DNA of 64,000 nucleotides, taken from the NCBI GenBank assembly GCA_030390025.1, contig CM059428.1, positions 107,198,001 to 107,262,000 of the forward strand, in the 5' to 3' direction. Every line of letters starts with the position of its first letter. Position 1 is the stretch's first letter. The notes below the pieces were generated by a model that saw only the letters and a list, made by a program, of their open reading frames with translations, had not been told where the DNA came from and did not search any database. The position numbers were made by a program, and so were the translations under genes. This DNA is from Squalus acanthias (lineage: Eukaryota). Positions 11,767 through 24,279 of this stretch are shown here, piece by piece.

Positions 11767-12952
11767 AGGAATATTGTGATATAGGATTTATCCACCAATA
11801 AGGCAACAACACCAACAGCCAATTCCAAATCTCCAAGAGCATGATATTCACGCATGAAGAACCAACAAATACAAAATACTTCTATAAAAGGAGAAATAGA
11901 ACTGAGTTGCCTAGACTTCAAGGGCTGGATTACTGGGGCTTGTGGTGCGGCAGGGGGTGCAGGGGGCAGAGTTTGTACACCCCTGCTTCAAGCTATGGAA
12001 GTAAATGTTATGGCATGTTTACAAGTGACCAGGACCCACTGGGTGTAGTAAAGACTGAGAAGGCATGCTACATTCATTGGTGTCAGGTTATGCAACGAGG
12101 AAGTCATGGGTTGATGAATCAGACACAGATTATATTTCACTGCAACACCTGACAGAAACTGACATGGGGAACTTGTCCAGTAGTGAAAGGTTTACATAGT
12201 TGCATAACTAAGGGGTCATTTTGCCTCACAAGTTAAACCTATACCAAATATCAGTACTCAGCCAAGTACATCTGTCTAGGTGGGGTGGATGGGTCTGGTG
12301 CCTACATCTGTTGACAGGTTGGGGAAGCCTACCAACTCCATCCACTAATGGGGCCTGGCACAAACCACAACGTATAGTTCCAGGATGCGGGGGATCATTG
12401 GGCGGAGCTCTCCGCCTGCTTGTCATGTTTAGAGCTTTGGTACGCACCTGGGTGACCACAAAATACGAGCATGTCACCGGTTTGCTTGAAGCTTTCCACG
12501 ACTGGTGGGCCCGAAGCTTTCCACGACTGGTGGGCACCGCAAGATATCTGTTGTAAAGGGGACTCAAACCTGGAACATATTGGTTTAGCTGCAAAATAGT
12601 TACTTTAGTTGTGGTGGGTCGTGTGATATTTTATGAGTGGCACCAATCCAGGAGGGTGTTGGAAGAACGTTTGGTGCCATTCTGCGAGCCGGTGCCAGGC
12701 CGACCGACCCATCTGGAACAGGGTGTCCGCTGACTGGCACCAGACACTGACCGAGCACATTGGTCAGTTGTGCCACAAGTCAACACGGGGGGGGGGGGGG
12801 GGGGTTATTTGTGCCACTCAACTCAGGCATTTGAATTTGTCCCCGCTTCACCGGCTTCAGATTGTAGGTGGACCCGAGCACCAGGGCCCGCTTTACAGAA
12901 ACAGACACACTCCGGTAACTTTGTGTAAAGAGACACAAAATGAAAGACATAC

Positions 12953-13050
12953 CTCCGGCGGCCGCCCGCGGCTCAAACTCCAAACACAAACTGCGCTCCC
13001 GAGTGACTGAAATCGCCACAACTTGACAGGCCAACCACTTCCGGTGTCAC
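12953..13050 (-). promoter_or_regulatory. Probable promoter and non-coding first exon of the downstream gene
   Basis: Local CpG-rich island; ETS motif CCGGAAGTG at about 13036-13044 (minus); strong donor GAG|gtatgt at 12953/12952. Confidence 0.5.
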
Positions 13051-14899
13051 CTCAAAACAAACCCCCGAGCACAAGACGCGGCTCCAGCGGGGCCAGGCGC
13101 CACAGCCCAGGACAGCAGCAGCAGCAAGGCCTGGTGTCGCTGCAGATTGGCATCCTCAGATTCCTTGGATTGCAAGTCTGCAAATCATCCAAATAAAATG
13201 TCTCGCCGTATTGTTTACTTCTGTCCCCCCACCCTCCCCTCCCAACTATTTTTAACCAGAAATCTGTTTACACTAAGAGGATTATTTTCAGGTAACAATC
13301 CTTTTAACACCTACTGAGTTAAATTGTTGTGCTTAAATAATGCAGATACCAGCATATAGCATCCAAAACTAGCCCGAATAAGATGTGTGTAGAATGTCAC
13401 TGCAGGTATGTAATTCATTTGCGCCATGTATAGATATTCACAGTTACACCTTCAACTTTGCCATTTCACATTGCCTCTTTACTCTTATGGTCTCGATCAC
13501 AGACAGGGTCCTCTCAGACGACTTCCTTGTATCCATCACGACCCTATCGCAGGGGTGTCAAACTCAGTTGGTAGGCCTGACCTGACATCCTGGCACTTGG
13601 TGTGGGCCACATTTAGCAAAATTTATTTGGACACACTGAGGTAGAAATTGGTATGTGTTGCACCCATTTTGTAGGCGAAAAAGGGGCACCATGTATACCA
13701 ATTTCTGGATGCAGAGTCCTGCACCTAATCTGCACCAGCAGCATAGCCACCACCATGTTGGTCATCACTGTTTTTAGGCAGCCAGATCAGCGTTGGGTCA
13801 ATTTAAATTTGCAAAGGAGGGTCCTGTGCCCGTTTCAGAGCCCGTCTGCAAAATGCGTGGAAAAACTAGGCGTAGCAAGCAACAACTTGTTTTTCCATTT
13901 CTACAGCAGTCTAAAGTGCAGTCATTAAAGGGACCGTTGGAGGTTGGTGAAGAAATGGTAGTGAAAGAGTGCCTCTCCCAGCTGCACAGCACTACAGTGG
14001 GCCGCTGTCAGCCCGCGCTCGGCCCTCCTATATTTTCCTCCGCCCACCTCCCAGGACTTACCGGCGATGCAGCAGGCCCAACACCGGGTGAGCTGCCTCT
14101 GCAGGTGCAACAGGCATTAGTAGCTCATCTCTATTATTAAAATGAAGCCCAAGGCCCAATTTCGGGTGAGCCTCGGGGCCCCAGTTACAAACACTGCGAG
14201 ATACAGAGCGAGGAGCTGACTATTCAGCCTGGGGCGTCAGGCCCAGGACTTGTTTGAGGTGTTTGTTGCCCTGAGAGAGGAGCCGATGGAGTGGGGCTGC
14301 AGGTTGAAGCTGTGCCTCTCCCCTCCCAGCCCGGTGTGAACGGCATCAGTTGGAGCTTATGAAGTAAAATCAGGGCGTGCAGCTCCGTGCGCACAGTGAG
14401 AATCCTCAGTCCCATTTCTCTTGTTCCCCATTCGCCCACCAGTGGAAACAATCTTTTACTATTTACCCACAGTAAAGTCTCCAGGTTTCACTCACCCCTT
14501 TACTGGCTGTTCCTCTCTTGGTGCCCCTCCCACTCACCATGTTGCTGCTGCTGCTTCCGGCTCTGCAGGAAATGTTCGCCCACGCCCACACAACCCCACC
14601 CCATTCCCCAATCCTCTCTGCCCCCCCCCGCCCCCAGCCAAAACTCTAACCCACAGTCTCCAGTTTCCCAGTCTCCCTTTCTTCCCTGACAACCCACCCC
14701 CTATTCCCTGAGCCCCTATCCCCAGTCCCCTGTCACTCTTTGCCTCTCTCCCTAAGTCACTTACAACTGCACTTTCAAACTCTCAAGTGCCTAGCCTTTG
14801 GCCCTCCATTTGCGATGCTATCCATTGGTGATTGTGAGCAGGAGCTGGGACACCAATATAAGCACCACAGGTTTCAGAAGCAAAAAAGGCAGGTTATTG

Positions 14900-14983
14900 A
14901 GCAACTGATTTTGGTTGTAAAGCGCTTTTGGGACGTCCTAAGGTCATGAAAGACGGTATATAAATGCAAGTCTTTCTTTTCTT
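14900..14983 (+). mobile_element. SINE 3' tail fragment
   Basis: GTAAAGCGCTTTTGGGACGTCC...ATAAATGCAAGTCTTTCTTT. Confidence 0.65.
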
Positions 14984-16059
14984 TGATTTAAATACTTGTC
15001 AGATTGTCTTAGCTCAAAACTGTAGGAAGCTGGAAAACTGTAGGAGCAGTCTGCCCGTTATCTTTGACAAACATATCATCCAAGTAAAGCCAGTTTTGAA
15101 AACTAGAAGAAATTCGTACACAACAGACACATGGAAGATATGTTTCTCATATATAAAAATAAATGTAACCTGACTTTGTCTCACATAACTGACTGTAATT
15201 GCTGTTTATTCATTTAAATTTATGGCAGTGCCAGTTTCAGAATTAACAATAAATGTCAATAAAAAGGCTGCACTTCTTTGAGAGGAGTTTGTTGTGACCA
15301 GCAATGGTTAAGGTGTGATCTTAATCTGAAACTAATGTGGCATTTAACACAATGCACACAATGTTTAAAACTTTCAAAACCCACAATTATTGGGAGCAAG
15401 AATTTTGGTTTATTATCTTTTTAAAAATCTAGTGGGTGTAAAGCATGCGTGTGTTTTCAATTAAAGGACTTTTTATATAAATTGAAATAATTTCATTTAA
15501 TTGAACTTTTCTATGATGTTTTGGAAAGCTGTTTATTTTTACAAAGTGCATCAAGGTGGAATGTAATTTGTTCAATAGAAAATAATGTTTGTCTTTCATT
15601 TTTTTCCCCTTTTCTTTTAGATTGCTACACACTGTTCCCTGGCTGAGAGGACAGGCAGGCAGATGACTTGAATGAGCTTGTCTCTAATGTTTTAGACAAA
15701 ACCTAAATACCTTGATGCTAATATGAGCTGTCACTGAGCGAGCTCTGTCTAGTATTAGGCTGCCCACGTATATAATACAGTATAGTGCCTCTGACAGTTA
15801 TCCAGATGACAAATGTCAGAATTGTTCAATAATCCAAATATAGAAAAATGGATTGTCAGGATAGGTTGCAACAAACATACGCAGTCCTGAGTTGATTTCC
15901 AGCTGGCATATTCATGCACATACTACCTCCCTAACCCAAGATGGGGCATCATAAACATTAGTAATTTGTTCCCAGGCACTGATTATTTTATATAAAATAA
16001 AAACAGAAACTGCTGGAAATACTCAGCAGGTCAGGCGGCATCTGTGGAGAGAGAAACAG

Positions 16060-16096
16060 AGTTAACGTTTCAGGTCAATGACCTTTCATCAGAACT
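16060..16096 (-). ncRNA. Minimal type I hammerhead ribozyme motif at the Penelope 3' end
   Basis: Stem I AGUU/AACU; CUGAUGA; stem II AGGUC/GACCU; GAAA; palindromic ACGU; NUH = GUU. Confidence 0.7.
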
Positions 16097-16422
16097 GGAA
16101 AAAGTTAGAACTGTAACAGGTTTTAAGCAAGTGCAGAGACAGGGAAAGGGGGGAGGGTAGGAAAGAACAAAAGGGAAGGTCCGTGATAGGGTGGAAGGCA
16201 GGAGAGATTAAATGACGAAAGGGATGATGGTGCCAGGCAAAAGGGGATGGGTAATGGGACAAGTAAAGAAACAAAAGATGGGTCCAGAGGAGGAGTAAAT
16301 GGAATAGCAGAATCATTACCGACAGCTGCTGTCCGAAAAAAATGGAGGCAGTGGTAATGAGCTGAAATTGTTGAACTCAATGTTGAGTCCAAAGGCTGTA
16401 AAGCATCTAATCGAAAGATGAG

Positions 16423-16866
16423 AATTTTAGCTATGAGGAAAGATTGGATAGGCTGGGGTTGTTTACCTTGGAACAGAGGAGGCTGAGGGGAGACTTAATT
16501 GAGGTGTATAAAATTATGAGGGCCTAGATAGAGTGGATAGGAAGGACCTATTTCCCTTAGCAGAGAGGTCAATAACTAGGGGCATTGATTTAAAGTAATT
16601 GGTAGAAGGATTAGAGGGGAGTTGAGGAGAACATTTTTCACCCAGAGGGTGGTGGGGGTCTGGAACTCACTGCCTAAAAGGGTGGTAGAGGCAGAAACCC
16701 TCATCACATTTAAAAAGTACTTGGAAATGCACTTGAAGTACCGTAAACTACAAGGCCGACCAAGAGCTGGAAAGTGGGATTAGGCTGGATAGCTCTTTTT
16801 CGGCTGGCGTGGACATGATGGGCCGACTGGCCACTTCTGTGCTGTAAACTTCTATTATTCTATGAG
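16423..16866 (+). mobile_element. CR1 LINE 3' end nested in the Penelope element
   Basis: YEERLDRLGLFTLEQRRLRGDLIEVYKIM; CR1 3'UTR with TTCTAT-type tail; ATGAG duplicated at both junctions. Confidence 0.88.
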
Positions 16867-18873
16867 GTGCTGTTCCTCGAGCATACGTTGAGCTTCATTG
16901 GAACAGTGCAGGAGGCCGAGGTCAGAGTGGGATGGAGAATTAAAATGGCAAGCGACCGGAAGCTCAGGGTCATGCTTGCAGACAGAATGGAGGCGTTCCG
17001 CAAAGTGGTCACCCAATCTGGGTTTGGTCTCCCCAATGTAGAGGAGACCACATCGTGAGCAGCAAATACACTATACTAAATTGAAAGAAGAACAAGTAAA
17101 TCACTGTTTCACCTGGAAGGAGTGTTTGGGGCCCAGGATGGTGGGAAGGGAGGAGGTTAAAGGGCAGGTGTTGCATCTCCTGTGCTTGCACGGGAAGGTG
17201 CCGTGGGAAGGGGAGGGGACGTTGGGGGTGATTGAGCAGTGGAGCAGGGTGTCGCAGAGGGAATGATCCCTTCGGAATGCTGAAAGGGGAGGAGAGGGGA
17301 AGATGTGTTTGGTGGTGGCATCACACTGGAGGTGGCAGAAATGGCGGAGGATGGTCCGTTGAATGTGGAGGCTGGTGGGGTGGAGGATGAGGACAAGGGG
17401 CACCCTATCGTGGTTCTGGGAGGGAGGGGAAGGGGTGAGAGCAGAAGTGTGGGAAATGGAACGGACACGGTCAAGAGCCATGTCAACCACGGTAGAGGGG
17501 AATCCTCGGTTGAGGAAAAAGGAAGACATATCGGAAGCACTGGTATGGAAGGTGGCATCGTCAGAGCAGATACGACTGAGATGGAGAAACTGGGAGAATG
17601 AAATAGAGTCCTTACAGGAAGCAGGTGGGAAGAAGTGGAGTCAAGGTAGCTGTGGGAGTTGGTGGGCTTACAGTAGATATTGGTCGACAGCCTATCCCCA
17701 GAAATGGAGATAGAGAAATCGAGGAATGGAATGGAACAGTCAGAAATGGACCATGTGAAGGCGAAGGGTGGAAATTGGAAGCAAAGTTGATGAAATTTAC
17801 GAGTTCCAGGCGAGAGCAGGAAACGGCACCAATACAGTCATCAATGTACCGGAAAAAGAGGTGAGGGAGGGGACCCGAGTAGGACTGGAACAAAGAATGT
17901 TCCACATATCCCACGAAAATACAGGCATAGCTAGGGCCCATATGGACTCCTATAGCAACACCTTTTATTTGGGGGAAGTGAGTGAAGTCAAAGGAGAAGT
18001 TGTTCACTGTGAGAACTAGTTCAGCCAGGCGGAGGAGGATGGTGGTGGAAGGGGACTGGTTGGACCTCCATTCAAAGAAGAAGCGGAGCGCCCTCAGGCC
18101 ATCCTGGTGGGGGATGGAGGTGTAGAGAGATGGTGAAAAGGAGAAGGTTAGGGACATTATATTTTATATAATGTCTGCTGTTCAACAAACACACACACAC
18201 AAACTATATACTGCATGAATAGACTACCATAAAACACAGACTCCACTACTGGCCCTAAAAATCCACAGGGCTGCTCCGCCAGCAGAACAGTGGCAAAGCA
18301 GCACTGGTGACCTCCACACCTGACCCTTGTGGAGTATCAAGGGTCAGAGAAAGGTCATCTCATTTAAATAGCAGTTGCGGGCACGCGTCCACTATGGAAA
18401 CGACTTAGACCCCAGCCAGGTAAGGAGTGGAAGTGGGAAAGCAGTGCTGACCAGCGCTATTTTTAGCTGCCGGCGCCACAGACAATTGGCCACCTTTATA
18501 AAGGGGCGAAGAGGATTACTGCTGCCAGAACGTTAAGTGGAGCCCCAGGCCCGGCCCCATGTCTGGACCCCACTTACGCTGCTAAGCCAACCTGTCCAGG
18601 TCTCTCTCTGCATCAAAGCAGCCAGGAGCATGGAAATTCGCATTGTGAAAATTCCTTTCCCGGCCCCACCATCTTTAATGTCATGGGTCATGTTTGGGGT
18701 GGATGGGGATCCGCCCTAAACATGTCCTGATGAAAACTAGCCAGAACTGAAGTGCTGGGGCTGGGCCTGTGGAAAGTTGGAGCTAGATAGGACAAACAAA
18801 TTGAGGGACTAATGACATTAGAAGTGTAAAATGGAAGGATCGTTATTCTGACATCAGTGTGTGAAAAATACAC

Positions 18874-19030
18874 GGGGGTAGAATTTTCATGGTGGGAGGG
18901 TTCACTGATATCTCACTGTAACTTCGGTGAAGATCAGCGGAACCCCAGAGAAATGACGCAAACAGATGTTTACGCTGTTTCTGCAGCGTTTCTGCCAAAG
19001 TTACGGAGAAGACTGCAGAAATTCCAGACA
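18874..19030. mobile_element. Degenerate palindromic MITE related to 37127-37256
   Basis: GGGGTAGAATTTTC start, internal GTAACTT/AAGTTAC symmetry, GAAATTCC end. Confidence 0.45.
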
Positions 19031-22000
19031 AAGGTTATTGTTTTAGAAAATACCAGGCCACTATTGAATCCTACAGGAATAATAGGTACTGCTGATACAG
19101 ATAATGAGTTTACAAAGAAACACATGCCCTATGTACCAAATTTTTATATATGTGTGTATATATATTTTTTTCCTTTGGCTATGTATTTAATTTTTATCCC
19201 TTATCAGCTTTAAAAACTGAGAATATTCAGCAAGACAGTATACCAGTTGGAGTTAGATCAGGGGCCTCAGATTCTTGGAGACCTGCTCCACTGCCGGAAG
19301 TGCAGGGAACAGTATTTCTGGTCGTCAGTCTGCCGCACTCATGACCTTGTCTTAAATCTCGGGATCAAGAGCATCTGGTTATAGCGGGGGCGAGTGCCCG
19401 AGCTATTTTTGATGTTACTAGGGTGCCCATCCCAACAGCAGGGAAAAGAAGTTCTGTGAGGCAACATACAGGAGTTCTTAGTGCTGGGGGAAACTCAGGC
19501 AGACCTGGCAAGATTTCCAATAGATGCTGCCACCTTGCCAATGCCACTTGTTTCAGTGACGTCCGCACAGAGTGGGCAGTGTAAGAAGCACCCACTCACA
19601 TTTCTGGTGGAATTTGGCATTGCAAAAAAAATCATAGACCCAGCAGAACCCGGCCCTGTTCCAAATTCTTGCCGTCATTTCCATATTGCACCACAAAAGC
19701 ATCCTCAGGCTCAGGAAATTCAGTCTCCTGGTATTTAACAACACTGCATAGGGGGAGTGGCGTTTAACTGCAGTGGGAGAAGAGAATTTGGGCTGCTGCC
19801 TCCCTGGACTCTCCCCTCACTGCAAAACCCATCTGAAGTCCCCCACCCCGTGACTTGGCTTACTGCCGGCCTGGTGGCTTACGTCATTTCCTTGGAGGTT
19901 CCACTGGTCTCCCACTGCATTTACAGCAGGAGACTGGTAGAACCCCCACTGAATTTCAGGACCTCTGTCTGTCCTTTTATGTCTCTCTTTTAGCTTGTTT
20001 TGCTTTCTGAAGTTTATAGGGTATTTATAATTTTAACACAAACTAAGCAACAGTTGGAGTGTAATCAATACTATCTGTCATTTCTTTTTCTCTCCCCCTC
20101 TTGCCTGCATGTACACACCACAGCCTCTACTTTGAAAAAGAAACCACTCAATTAAAACTTTACTTGAATAAAGCTTTTAAAATTTGTTCTGTCGCCTTTT
20201 TCAACTATTTTTTAAAAAAAACAAACAGATTTTGTTGGAGACTGAGAAGCATCTATCATTTTACTATCTTAAATATGTACTCACTGCACATGCTTAGACT
20301 GCCTTCAGTTATCAAAGTCACTGCCTTGGGCAAAAATATCAAGTCCAAGTCCAGACTTTTGGGAGAGGCTGAGGTCTTCAAGTAAAAACTAATGAAGATA
20401 TTAAAAGACACAAAATCAATTAACATATCCACTTAATCATATTATATGAAAAACATATTTTTTGATTTGTTTAAAACCTTATTTTGCATCCTAGAAATAT
20501 CAGTTACTGAGAAATAATGCCATTTTTCAAAAAGCACTTTGAGCAATTTTATCATTTCACTTCATAAAGGGACATGAGATGAAGGTGTGAAGGGAGAAGA
20601 TGAATGGACTGATCAGATATAACTACTTCACTCAAAGGGTGGTGAATGCTTGGATTGGACCTCAGTAACTTTAGCAAGAAGTTGGATAAGTATTTGGCAA
20701 GAAAATCAATTGAAGGATATAGGTAGTCAACGTGTATTCTTTATTTAAATTCTGGGATCAGCCAAATGACTGAAATGGTCTTTTCTGGTCCTGTGCATGC
20801 CTTTGATCCTAATGTGTACTATTTTTTTCAAATGTATCACTACAATGCTTTTAGTATTGTGAAGATCACTGATAATCTATAGTCTTTGTACATACAAATC
20901 CTTAAAATACCAGCTCAGTAGCTGAAGAGGGTAGATTTATAGCATTATAGCACAAACTGCACCGTTGTGGCTGACAGTGAAACATACCATCCATTTGTAG
21001 TATCAAGACAGCAATCTAATTTTTTATTCCATTCACTGCAGTGAAATGACAGACCAGAGATTCATGTAGACCTTTTGTCACCTCTTTTAGCTGTTGATTT
21101 TGTGTTGTAGCGAAACATATAAAACAGGAAATAAAAACTTGCGCTATATTAACCAACTTGATAAAATATCTGTATGGGGGAGGAGTGGACTATTTTATTG
21201 GCATCTGAATATGATGGGAGAAGAATGATAACCAGTGGTCTGCATCGATACCATAAAATCTCCTGGCTAGATACTGTATTGATCAAAATACCAAGAAAGA
21301 TAACTGAGTGGGTGGATGGAAAATGTGAAGGACAGAAGTGGTTAAAAGAAAGGTTACGTATCTGCTGATAACATAATAAGCAGCCATGATACTACTCATA
21401 AATATAAAAGAGTAATGAATGATGTATTGAAAATGATAATTATTCAGTTACGCTAATGATAATATTAATGTTTGTTTATCACATAATTTTGTTTTTGAAT
21501 GCCACTAAAATTGATGGATCTAAATATAGACTTTGATATTCCTCTGTCCTAGCAGTCTGAGTAACCATTTTTAACTTAGTCTCTGTCCATTTCTTCTAGG
21601 TTCTGCTTTGTTCTTCATGTTTCCTTCTCTGGATTGTGTTGTCTCCAATTCTGTTCTCTTCCATCTGACCTACCTTCCCTTTATCCTCAACTTGAATGTT
21701 TTGTCTCTGTGATCCTTGTTCTCTGTACCTCCCACACTCTGTTTTCTTGCCTCTTTCTTGATCACTATCTTTTCCTCCTCAAATTTACACCAGGCTTCTT
21801 TCTAAACAAAGATAGGATCTACATCAAACTTAACCTCAATGGCAGCATTGCCCCAATTAGAGGTTATAACATAACCTGTGCTCCAATGGAAATAATATAT
21901 TACCTATACCAAGCCCAACATAAAAGGCAGCACTTTCTCAGTGTACAGAGTAATATAACCTGTTAGGCTCATTGCAAATGAAGATTGAGACTTTCTTTCC

Positions 22001-22579
22001 AACACTTGAAAATTTACAAATATTAATACAATCAAAACACTTTCATAGTTAGCCTTTTATCTAACAAGATCTAATTACAAAAGTAATGTAATCCCATATC
22101 AACCTTCTACAGACTAAACTGATAGGTGAAAGTATCTTCTCTCTGATAGCTGAAACTTGCAGCCACAAGAATTGTAGTTGAACAGACTGTTGGAATGTTC
22201 AAACAAAGGTGCTTGGACAGGTCAGAGGAATATTGCAGTAAAACTCCACCAAGGTCTTAAAGCTCATTGTAGGCTGTTGCCTATTTGCCATCCAAAGAGG
22301 CACTTAGCATAAAGCAAGTGGGTGAGAAGACTCAGGTATGACAAGTGAAACTTTCCATTTGAAATTTTTGCATTGCTTGTTTATTTTGTTATACATTCAT
22401 AGTGGTTGGGGGTTGTTGAATCTCCTATATTTCATAGAGGGTATTTTAACTGATTTTTCAGCATGAAAGTCACATGGATGGGCGGAAAAATTTGAAGTGG
22501 GATCCTGATCATCTGAGTCTCCACAGCTGTTGACATTGGTCAAAAGTTCCACCAGAACTGGGTGGCCACAAGAAGCACT

Positions 22580-23550
22580 GTGCCCCTCCTGGTGCCTTGT
22601 AGATAGTGGAAAGGCTTTGGTGAGTCAGAAGGTGAGTCGCTCGCCACAGAATACACAGCCTCTGACCTGCTCTTGTAGCCACAGTATTTATGTTGCTAGT
22701 ACAGTTAAGTTTCTGGTCAATGGTGACGCCCAGGATGTTGATGGTGGGGATTCAGTGATGATAATGCTGTTGAATGTCAAGGGGCAGTGGTTAGACTCTC
22801 TCTTGTTGGAGATGGTCATTGCCTGGCACTTGTGTGGCACGAATGTTACTTGCCACTTATCAGCCCAAGCCTGAATGTCGTCCAGGTCTTGCTGCATGCG
22901 GGCATGGACTGCTTCATTATCTGAGGAGTTGCGAATGGAACTGAACACTGTGCAATCATCAGCGAACAGCCCCACTTTTGACCTTATGATGGAGGGAAGG
23001 TCATTGATGAAGCAGCTGAAGATGGTTGGGCCTAGGACACTACCCTGAGGAACTCCTGCAGCGATGTCCTGGGGCTGAGATGATTGGCCTCCAACAACCA
23101 CAACCATCTTCCTTTGTGCTAGGTATGACTCCAGCCAGTGGAGAGTTTTCCCCGATTCCCGTTAACTTCAATTTTACTAGGGCTCCTTGATGCCAAACTA
23201 AGTCAAATGCTGCCTTAATGTCAAAGGCAGTCACTCTCACCTCACCTCTGGAATTCAGCTCTTTTGTCCATGTTTGGACCAAGGCTGTAATGAGGTCTGG
23301 AGCTGAGTGGAACTGAGCATTGGTGAGCAGGTTATTGGAGAGTAAGTGCCGCTTGATAGCACTGTCGACGACACCTTCCATCACTTTGCTGATGATTAAG
23401 AGTAGATTGATGGGGCGGTAATTGAGCAGATTGGATTTGTCTGGTTTGTTTGTACAGGACATACCTGAGCAATTTTGCACATTGTCAGGTAGATGCCATC
23501 GTTGTATCTGTACTGGAACAGCTTAGCTAGAGGCGTGGCTAATTCTGGAG
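22580..23550 (-). mobile_element. CR1/L2-group LINE reverse transcriptase fragment
   Basis: NYRPINLL, FDIKAAFDLVWH, GVPQGSVLGP, LFADD motifs with a frameshift. Confidence 0.9.
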
Positions 23551-24279
23551 AAGTGATTTAAATGCTGAAGCTGTGAACATAAAACATTACTCATTACTTT
23601 GGCATTTCAGCAGCTATTTAATTTTTTAGATATTGTACAGCTCTCGAGGGGGCCTTCAACCTGCGTGGCTATAGTCACCAGAGCACCCAAGGAAATTTAA
23701 TTGCAGCCTTTGGGCAATCTACAGTATGGGCTTCCCAATGGAGATTCTTTTGTTTACCTTTTTAATTGCTACTTCGCCCCCGCCACCACACACACAGATT
23801 GTGAGCACCACAGACCTTGGGGATCTCTTGCCGTCCACCCAAAACAGGCTGGCTCTTCTCTGATGCATCTCACTCAGGAGTACCTCCAGGTCAGAACTGG
23901 AAAACTGGCAGCCTGACTCTTGGCTGCCGCCCTTGCTGCCATGCTTGCAATCGCACTGGTAACTTTTGCCCAGTTGCCGCTGCTGCCCCTTTAAGCAGGT
24001 TCAGAATTTATATACATTGATGGTGGACTTCACACTCTAAATGGTGTTCAAGGGTGTGCTTCCACACAGATCCTTGATCTTCGCAAGAGGCACACAATGG
24101 GTGGTGCATGGCAAGAAGTACTGTTGAGGCAGTTACCTCTCAGCGTGATCGCACATCTTTACCACACAGCTGTCTTCCTCAGAGGACTGAAGACATGGCA
24201 GGTACTGGACAGGAGAAGGCAGCCGGGTCACCCCATGGTCCAGCACAAAGAGGCGCAGTGCCACAGCTGTCTCAAGAAG

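Larger units (their letters stand above)
15993..18155 (-). mobile_element. Penelope-like retroelement (RT + GIY-YIG), 5'-truncated, interrupted by a CR1 insertion
   Basis: SLYTSIPH, KGVAIG..MGPSYA, FRYIDD PLE-type RT motifs; YIGET GIY-YIG remnant near 17030; terminus with hammerhead core. Confidence 0.88.

Noticed and set aside
1-12900. Coding exons of STX17 or another host gene
   Set aside because: No recognisable syntaxin or other cellular protein sequence was found; only the putative non-coding first exon is supported
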